64,000 bases of DNA from Eledone cirrhosa (lineage: Eukaryota), in assembly GCA_964016885.1 (NCBI GenBank), contig OZ024741.1, positions 347,758,001 through 347,822,000 of the forward strand, written 5' to 3'. Positions 54,051 to 64,000 of the stretch are shown here, piece after piece (within the stretch, counting starts at the first letter, position 1; every line of letters begins with the position of its first letter). Below the pieces are notes generated by a model. It had not been told where the DNA came from. It saw nothing but the letters and a program-made list of their open reading frames with translations, and did not search any database. The position numbers were made by a program, and so were the translations under genes.

Positions 54051-54848
54051 AATATATCAACTAACATAAGCGCACAGATGCACGCCCATGCTAGCAAATA
54101 CACAGGTTATGTCATAGTACCTAGGTGGTTCAATGCAGGAGAATGCAGAACAATAATATAAAGGACGTAAAATAAGAAAATATTTTTTTTTTTAAATTTT
54201 AAAAAAATTTTTTACTTACTTAAATTTTCACTGCAAAAAAATTTTTTTAGAATTTAAAAAAAAAATATTTTCTTATTTTACGTCCTTTATATTATTGTTC
54301 TGCATTCTCCTGCATTGAACCACCTAGGTACTATGACATAACCTGTGTATTTGCTAGCATGGGCGTGCATCTGTGCGCTTATGTTAGTTGATATATTAAA
54401 TTATCTATATTTATCTCCAAATCACTGATTTGTCGAGCAAACTTGCCAAAACCACTTCTAAAAAAATTTTTTTTGGGGTGTTAGTAGGCGTCAGTCATCT
54501 TACCATCCCATTCCTTCTAACTAGCCTCTGTGTCACGTGATTGATTCTTTAGAATCGGCCATTTGACTTGAAGCAGTGAGAATTTCGGTACATAGAATCC
54601 AGTCCTCGCAAGCTGTTCGATCTACCGAATTATTATTATTTTTATATGAGCCGCCAGTGTCCGCGCATTGCCTGGAGACTTAACTGAGAATAGACTCCCT
54701 GATGACGCAATGAATTCTCGACAGTTGGATTACGTAACTGTCTTTATCCCATTGCAGAAACTAATTGGTTGGAGTGAAAATTTAAGTAAGTAAAAGATTT
54801 TTAAAAAATTTTTTTTTAAAAATATTTTCTTATTTTACGTCCTTTATA
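54043..54848. mobile_element. ~557-bp HHR unit with inverted 5' part, non-coding
   Basis: 54043-54232 mirrors 54236-54403; actcc CTGATGA cgcaatg...cattgca GAAA ctaattgg TT ggagt at 54694-54775(+). Confidence 0.88.
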
Positions 54849-54875
54849 TATATATATATATATATTTATATGAAC

Positions 54876-55062
54876 ATAATTGTTTCTACTATTGGCACAA
54901 GGCCAGCAATTACCCAGTACTGGTACCTTATTTTATCGACCCCGTAAGGATGAAAGGCAAATTTAACCTCGGTGGAATTTCAACTCAGAAGGGCAAGGGC
55001 CGTAACTCTGTGCGCCAAAGCATGGCGTCCGACTCTCTACCGATACTGCCAATTCAACGCCC
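54876..55062 (-). mobile_element. tRNA-derived SINE (same family as 12520-12697)
   Basis: tcgaccccgtaaggatgaaaggcaaa...ggaatttcaactcag...gcatggcgtccga. Confidence 0.85.
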
Positions 55063-55114
55063 TTATATATATGAACATAATGAGAGATAGATAGACAGAG
55101 AGAACGAAAGAACG

Positions 55115-55273
<159 letters not shown>

Positions 55274-57967
55274 TACGCAGACACGCACATGGAGATATAC
55301 ACATAAAGATAGATAAATAGATAGATATATATATATACATAGATTAGGATATATTAAATTGTGCAACAATTATAATAGAGCTTTGTATGGACGTAATTTC
55401 AGTCTGTAATAATATGCTTCATATAATAATTAAAATATGATCGCTTATAGTCTGGCGACTATTGCAAAATGAGGTCCAATATGTTAGATAATGAGATTAA
55501 ATATTATCTACTTTACGAAATGAAGCTATGTCTTTCTAAGAATTTTCAATATGTACTTTATTCCAACGCAAGAAGTGTTTCCCGCCAGATGTGCACTGTG
55601 CAAGATGTCAGATGTAGCTTACATTTACCTAGTATAGATTAAAAAAAAAATTCATTTGAAAATAGTTTATGAAGCTACATGACAAGAATATGAACTCTTT
55701 TGAGTAAAGATGGACATGTTTAAATATTTGTATAACACAATGCTGCTGTTGTACGTGTATCAATTGACATTGATTAAAATAAGAACCTTAAAGTTGTGAG
55801 CTTTCTAAAACAGTTTCAGCTACAGTTTTATCGGTTTGCACATTCTACTCTTGGATGAGCAACTTCGAATACATTTCTTCCTCATGATTCTTTTTACGCT
55901 CGGAACTTGGGCCGATGTTGCTAAGATAATTCTATTAGTCAAATTTTTTTAACCAAACACGGCTGCCTGTATTGTCGGGTTGAGCTTATCTGAATGGAAC
56001 TGTTTTTTGTTTTCAAAGACCAGGTTTTCCGTTACCAAATACCATTTTTTAAATATGTTATCAATAATAATAAATCATGCAGCTTTACCATCTGGTCATA
56101 CCAATTAGTTGCATGTTTAAGTTTCAGAATTGTGTGTTTAATAAAACGCTTTGAAGCATGTATGTTTATATACTTCTAAAACCGCACTTATAACGAATTC
56201 GTAGTGCTCGCATATGCAGATTAGATGTTTAAAGGTGTAAGACCTACAATGGGAAAGTATATTATTCCATAAAAAATATGTTAGATACTCTAAAGGACTC
56301 AGGCCCAAGAAGAAAATATTTTCATTTCATGTGAAGTTGGTAAGTTATTTTTTAACGCGTCCACTCTCCTCACATCACAATAAAACAAAGTATATAACAC
56401 TTACCAATCGACACTAGAAAACAATACAAATCACGCATCACACTGGAAACATTAACAATCAACAGATAAACACAATTCACTTAGAACCTACTGAACCTGG
56501 CAAACTAGAATCATTAAAATAACAAGTAAAATAACAAAACGCACCCCAGGACAAGTGAAAACGTCTGTAGTATATAAAGAAGTATCACATATGATCAATA
56601 CTGCACATATTTTCTGGTATTGGAAATACAACTACGTGTGTAATTGAAGCTGACTTGTACTTTTTAGAGCATAGGTACATTACGCATACATATACCTGAG
56701 ACCGAATCATTGCTAAAGACAATATTGACAACATGTCAAATAAAATGTATCTTCAAACTGAAATGTGTGTCATAAATGTGAAACAAATGTTTTTAATCGA
56801 AAACAATTATTATTAGAAAAATCATAAAAAGAACAATGGGGACCTCGATTTGTTAAATGTCAGGCAAGAAAAATATCCAATAACATAAAATGATGCTAAC
56901 ACAATTCAAAGAACATTTATGACAGGTTTGGGTGATGAGAATATATTTTAACATGTATCGTGCGTTTAATATGGCAGTGGAAATGCATAAATAATCTACT
57001 AGCTAAATCATTGGCAGAAAACAGGTATTTATAAACTTCCATGATTGATGTGGAATTATTTTAAAGATTACCTGAATACATAATTAAACCTAGACTCAGG
57101 AAGATAACGTTCTTTCTAAATAAATAATATTATCACACCAAATTAAAAATAAATATTTGATGTTGTTTCTTTTTTCGTCAATTGTAGAGGGTTTGGATTG
57201 AACTTTATTCAGATAATGACATAAAAGAATAATTTCTTAAACGGAATAAAATGTATTAAATATGTTATATTTTCTCTCTAAACAATAAATAATTAATTTT
57301 ACTACCTAACAGAGAAGAAAAAAACTTTGTTCGACCATTTTTGTAAACGAAAAAAAAAAAATCTTAGTTACCTTTTCCTCCTTTAAAGACAGTTGCATAG
57401 GCGATAGTGAATGTAAAAATTGTACATATTGAAATTATTTTACAGCACCTCCCATCTTGGTTTTATACTTACCAAGCAAACCCGCAACGGTTTCAATGAA
57501 TTTCCCAGGAGAAATATAATTAAATATATATGAAGAGATTAAGTGATTATCAAAATATATATACTTGCATACTTTTTCTAGTTCATTTAATTTTAATTGC
57601 AATCAAAATATACACACGTTTAAGAATATGTGCCATACGCTATACAGTTTGATATTAAGTTAACGAAATGTCTGTCGATACATGAGAGTAAAGCGAAGAA
57701 CAATATCAGTTTAGTTTGTTTACCGCATTCACTCTAAATGTTATATTACAAATTCATACAAAGTGCAGTGGGAAATAAAATTATCTCCAGCACATCAGAA
57801 ACAGAATACTAAACATCACTAGAGTTGAACTTACACTTGATTCTTTATATAGAAAAATAGAAAAACTGTCTAACAACATCAGAGAAAAACAAAAGACGAT
57901 AAGTCTATTGAAAGTCAACACCAGAAGCGAAATCATATAATAATTTCTATATATATCCATATCATTA

Positions 57968-57997
<30 letters not shown>

Positions 57998-57999
<2 letters not shown>

Positions 58000-59268
58000 C
58001 TATAAATTATGTCCATAGAATCATTTGATAAGATGTATATACTCCATTTCCTCTCCCAATTAGCATATCAACCACACACAAAAAAAAACAATTAAACCAG
58101 GCTATAAGATTAAAAGGCTCTTTTGGAGAAATAATAGATAAATAAACGACAGCCATCTATTCGCGATCAATAGCTATAGAATATTTACCCAGCATTTCAA
58201 TAGCATGTGGAAATCGATTAAAAATATCGTCAACCATACACAATTAGGTACAACATTAAAGTTAGAAGAAAAAAAAGCATATACACATACCAGGATTACG
58301 TTTCTACCCTTTAGGATTTCGTTCGCTTTCGGAAATATCCCATCAAGGATAAATTCTCGAGCTTCGAACTCACCAGGAAACAACTCACTTGGACAAAGAT
58401 TTTTCTTAAATGTTCCCCGCCAGAAATGAATTCAAAATGACTAAGAACTGTGACGTGGCAGTGGTCAAGTCAGAAAGAATGTGATTGGTGCCTTACGGCT
58501 AGTGTGGGCTGGTTGCTAGAAGCGCAGCCTAATATTGCCTAAATTGCATCTCAAACTTATGGGAGCTTATCAAATATAAAGATTTACATATAAACAAACT
58601 AGACAAAGTCATAGATATGTTTTTGGCAACCATTCACGATGTGGCTCAATGATGAATTAATAAATTAAATAATAAGCAATATACTATAGATTATGTCCAT
58701 ATAATCATTTGATAAGATATATATATGTATTTTGGGCAACCGTCACGTTGTGGCTCCATGACGAATTAATTAATTAAATAATCAACAATCAGAGCAATAT
58801 ACAAGAAAGTACGTCCATAGAATTATTTGATAAAATATATACAGTATTTCCTTTCCCCATTAGCATAATCAACCACACAAAAAAACAATTAAACCAGGCT
58901 TTAAGATTAAAAGGCAACTATGAAGAAATAATAGATAAATAAACGACAGGCATCCGGTTTCCAAGTGCTATTGAAATGCTGGGTAAATATTCTATTGCTG
59001 TTGATCACGAATAGATAGCTGTCGTTTATGTATCTATTATTTCTTCATAGGTGCCTTTTAATCTTATAGCCTGGTTTAATTGTTTTTTTTTTGTTTGGTT
59101 GATTATGCTAATTGGGAGACGAAATGGAGTATATATTTTATCAAATGATTCTAAGGACATAATTTATAGTATATTGCTCTGATTATTTAATTTATTAATT
59201 CATCATTGAGCCACATCGTGAATGGTTTCCAAAAACATATCTAAGACTATATCTAGTTTGTGTATATG

Positions 59269-59270
<2 letters not shown>
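57998..59270. mobile_element. Family C relative, tandem + inverted
   Basis: Homologous to 13560-15135; gtttc CTGGTGA gttcg...cgaac GAAA tcctaaaggg TA gaaac at 58300-58381(-), core A6G. Confidence 0.85.
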
Positions 59271-59334
<64 letters not shown>

Positions 59335-59465
59335 TATATAGATAGATAGATAGATATGCAGGGGGCGGATGTCGAAGAAAAATCAACACGCGTTATGCCG
59401 TCCTCCTGCAAAACGAAATGAGAATTTTCTTCGTGTTTTTTTTTTATTAATATATATATATATAT

Positions 59466-59840
59466 ATTAGAAAATATATAGCTTTCACCGTATTTTTGAC
59501 TAAAGGAATTTTAGCTTGATAACGGGGTTTAGAACCCTCAGATAAATGGAAAAAGATGTGTATTGACGTACATGGGAGTCGAACCCACATCTGTGGTTAT
59601 CGCGACCACTGTGCTACCATTACACCAACACATCACCCATCTCTTTCCATTCAAATTAGAAACTACATTCTTAGCAAGTTTAAATGGCAAGTAAGTATTT
59701 TTTGAAAACAGTGAGCGAGTTTGAAATTAGAAAATATATAGCTTTCACCGTATTTTTGACTAAAGGAATTTTAGCTTGATAACGGAGTTTAGAACCCTCA
59801 GATAAATGGAAAAAGATAACCACAGATGTGGGTTCGATTC
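59466..59840 (-). mobile_element. 260-bp tandem unit carrying a tRNA-like cloverleaf
   Basis: gctttcaccgtatttttgac at 59481 and 59741; short inverted tRNA fragment at 59815-59840. Confidence 0.85.
59564..59634 (-). tRNA. 71-nt tRNA-like cloverleaf with non-canonical anticodon loop (probably not a decoding tRNA)
   Basis: GATGTGT TG GTGT-AATGGTA-GCAC A GTGGT-CGCGATA-ACCAC AGAT GTGGG-TTCGACT-CCCAT GTACGTC A; A and B boxes intact; G at position 33. Confidence 0.7.
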
Positions 59841-59896
59841 GAGCTCCGGCTATTCCGACATCTACATCCGAACTAAGTCACCGGTATACTGGTGGG

Positions 59897-60808
<912 letters not shown>

Positions 60809-62000
60809 TATATATATATATATATGGTGGCTGCCAACTCGTTTTCGAGTACGGCCACTACTTTATATCCATGTAGGAGAACCCCTACCGATGCGCTGAA
60901 CGAGTGTGACTTTTTAGTCCAGCCAGCGACTTGAAAACTGGCACAATCACTACACTTGTGACAATTATTGACACATAGTGTTGGGCCCATGGTACCACGT
61001 GATGACAAGTGCAGAGAGATCTCCAGATATAAAGCAATGCCTGTGCTCTGAAGCTTTTATAGTGAGCAAAGGCAATGCACAAAGCCAGTCCCACTCTCTT
61101 AACCAAGATGATATTTACCAAAAAGAAGAACAAGTCAACATCATTGGATACCATCAGGGTTGCAGGTGTTATATCAGAGTTTTCCTTCTCCTAGAATTCT
61201 GCCTTGACAAAGGCTAAGGGGTCATCTCTCCCGGATATATATATATATATATATAAATGTAGGTAGATCGTTGAAAGACTGGTTTTGGTAACAAATCAAG
61301 CATAACTCCTAGGGGTCAACTTGAGCCAATCCCCTGTGAGACGCGCGTAGCATGTCGATACGCAATAAATACTTTTCTTATCTAAACGTAACTTGCTCGT
61401 TTCTTCTATTATATATATATATATTAATTTATTTATTTATTCATATGTGTGTCTTGATGTGTATTGCAAGTGAAAGCGAAATACATTTAACTGGTGAATA
61501 AAAAGAATTATAATAGAAAGAAAAAAGAATGGCGTAAAAGAGCAACTCGATATAAGAAAAGGCTTCTCTAAGCATTTAAATAAATGTTCGTTGTACTGCA
61601 ATTGGCTTTATCTTATCTACTCGTTCATTATGATTTATTTAATGTCGAAAATTATGATCATCTTAAAATATTTCATTCGATTTACCGAACAAGGAATGAG
61701 AAAAAATGGAAGAGAAATATATGATTATATTAAATTGAAAGACAAAACCAACAGCATGTATAATAAAAAAAAAAAATGATAATGGTGATTATGATATTTG
61801 TGATAATGCAGATAATCATAATGACAAAAGGAAATATAATTCATTTGAAACAATTTGATACATGACATGAATTTAAAATCAAAATCATGACATATATGTA
61901 TACTTCTATATATATATCTGAGAATGTGTTTATGCACATGTATGTGTATGTTTCTCTACCAAAATACAATATGAATTAGTTGCCTTCTGCAGACACATAA

Positions 62001-62079
<79 letters not shown>

Positions 62080-62331
62080 TAGATAGATAGATATACATAT
62101 ATATACATATATATCGAATAAGAAAGCAGAGTAATTTCAGATGTTAAAGTCCTTTAATAATAATGCTGTGATACATATTTCAATGACAACAGTGACCACA
62201 CGGTTCGGTGCGCCCGGTGCCGTAACATGATCAGACAGCTTGTTACATGATAAGGTTATATTTCCGAGGCAATCCATGAATGGACATGGGAACGAACACA
62301 GCGTGTGCACTTGACTTCTTCGCCGATTCCG

Positions 62332-62404
<73 letters not shown>

Positions 62405-62411
<7 letters not shown>

Positions 62412-64000
62412 TAAAATAACAGATTAAAGTTTAAAGCAAAGAATCGCTGCTTTCACCCTTAACAGGATCATCTGAAACTAACAAAGTCAATCTGTAAACG
62501 CAGAAGTGGATATTTCAAAAAACGTTGCAACCGGAGGAAGGCAGGAAGACGATACTTTGGCTCGTGGAAACGTTCGCTGGCAAAGAACGGGAAAAAACGA
62601 ATATAATACGTCATTAATAGGAGCGGTGAAAAACAATTACACGCAAAGACAGAACCACGTTTATGGTATAAAAGAAGTCGTAGACTAATGTTGTCTTAGT
62701 TGGTTCAGAGAGACGTTCTCTTCAATGAACCGAAAAAACGAAGATAATACGTCATTTGTAGAGCGTGGAGAAGAATTGCACGCAAAGACAAAACCACGTA
62801 AATGGTATAACTGAAGTCGTAGACTAAAATTCTAACTTGGAAACCAAATGATTCTCCGATTCAGAGTTAAGAATAAAGTAAATAAAATAAAATACAGAGA
62901 TAATTGAAATTGAATAAATACATATACGCTTCCAAATACGTACATACACAAGCATACGCGAAAGCACTCGCCATAGATATACTAAACCACGCACATATAC
63001 ATATGTGTGTGTGTATGTGCGTGTATACAAATAAATAAGTAATTAAATAAACCTATATAAATAAATAAATACGTATATAACAAGCGCACACACATACCTA
63101 CGTGTAAATACACAAATGTTCGGAGACGTACGTCAGCCAAAACATGAAGTACACATATACACACACCCAACATAAGTACGAACCCGCATAATCACACAGA
63201 CGCAAAACTCCCGTATACACATAACCGAAATCATATGTACCAGAATATATAAAAATATGCGCCATAACATATACAATCAAATATACGTACGAGAAAGTAT
63301 ACGTACCTTCACAAAACATACAGGTAATATATACTTACCTATGCAAATAAGTAATGGTATAAACATAACATATACTTAGCTACAACATCAAGACGTAAAA
63401 TATCCACGTATAGATCGTACTATCCGGTAGGGTATTATGTGGGGCTGTAATACAGTAAAGTTTAGTGCAATTTATGTTTACAAGCCGAAATTGCCTCAGA
63501 TTTTTCGTTTAAGATGTGGTCTGTGGCGTAGAGTATTTCCAGGGCCTCAGCGGCGTAGAGGTCACATGATCTTTTATTTCCGTTATACGATCTAGCCCTA
63601 GCTAGGATCTCCTGATGTAACTTATAATGGATGTGGTTCTCTTTTAGACTCCAGATATAAGCTGAAAGTGACGTCATATTCCTTCTTAGAGGGTAACGAA
63701 AAGAATGGGTATGCATGTAAAGACGCTGCTTGAATCTATTGGCGGTTAACCCTATGTAGGCCCTATGGGATGTGGGTGTTTCAACCTTACATTAGTAGAC
63801 AATGTTACTAGAGAGGTATTTCCCGGATAGGGGGCAATCAACCCGATTCCTACAATTACAGTTAGTACTAACTACAGGGTTGCACGTGTTCCTACGGCTA
63901 GGTAGTTTGGCTAAATCTGAAGCTGTGATGTTATGTGCAAGGTTAGGAGTCGTAGAGTAAGACATGTTAATAGTATTTCTATTAAAAATGTATTATCTTT
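62405..64000 (-). pseudogene. 3' part of another PLE of the same clade (EN domain + 3' UTR), continuing past the window end
   Basis: On -: CNCRNRVDCP, YIGLTANRFKQR..HTHSF, TSLSAYIWSLKE, CDL..E, CKH; HHR-like CAGATGA...GAAA at 62428-62479. Confidence 0.88.

Noticed and set aside
55700-56150. Possible highly decayed piggyBac-like transposase on - (DQMV..KKWY, Cys-rich tail)
   Set aside because: Only scattered short motifs in different frames; needs tBLASTn/HMM support
56200-56350. Possible host exon ending at a G/GTAAGT donor (a similar donor-like site at ~27890)
   Set aside because: No convincing open frame, acceptor or recognisable protein; donor-like motifs are frequent by chance
59475-59560. 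Hammerhead in the tRNA-like unit (CTGAGGG...GAAAGCTA on -, TTGATAA on +)
   Set aside because: No consistent helix I/III pairing in any copy
59564-59634. Functional tRNA-Ser(CGA)
   Set aside because: No U33, no purine 37, no long variable arm, and it lies inside a repeated mobile unit
61170-61235. Motif resembling an RTE-type LINE 5' UTR in antisense (agtttccttctcctag...aaggct)
   Set aside because: Short similarity from memory only; no associated ORF or verifiable fold

Overview
AT-rich eukaryotic (animal) DNA. No host protein-coding gene can be supported; almost all short ORFs in the track are translations of (TA)n/(CA)n/(GA)n microsatellites. The SINE family and microsatellite content suggest an octopod cephalopod (inference). 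The window is dominated by Penelope-like elements (PLEs): one intact 820-codon RT+GIY-YIG ORF (4973-7435, -) and about six decayed or truncated PLEs of several clades. It also holds a decayed R4/Dong LINE and tRNA-derived SINEs. The main signal is RNA-level: by eye there are roughly 35 type I hammerhead ribozyme (HHR) motifs from more than a dozen sequence families, most with a short family-specific palindromic helix III. Many lie in non-coding 260-650 bp tandem or inverted units inserted in (TA)n, i.e. PLE pseudo-LTRs or non-autonomous retrozyme-like elements. The best example is a nearly homogeneous 3.1 kb head-to-head array of a structured 310-bp HHR unit (24601-27680). Also seen: recurrent core variants (U3-A8 swap, U4C), a tRNA-cloverleaf unit with PLE-type architecture, and a consistent 3'-ends-outward polarity of inverted insertions. 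All structures were read manually; none was folded or searched computationally.
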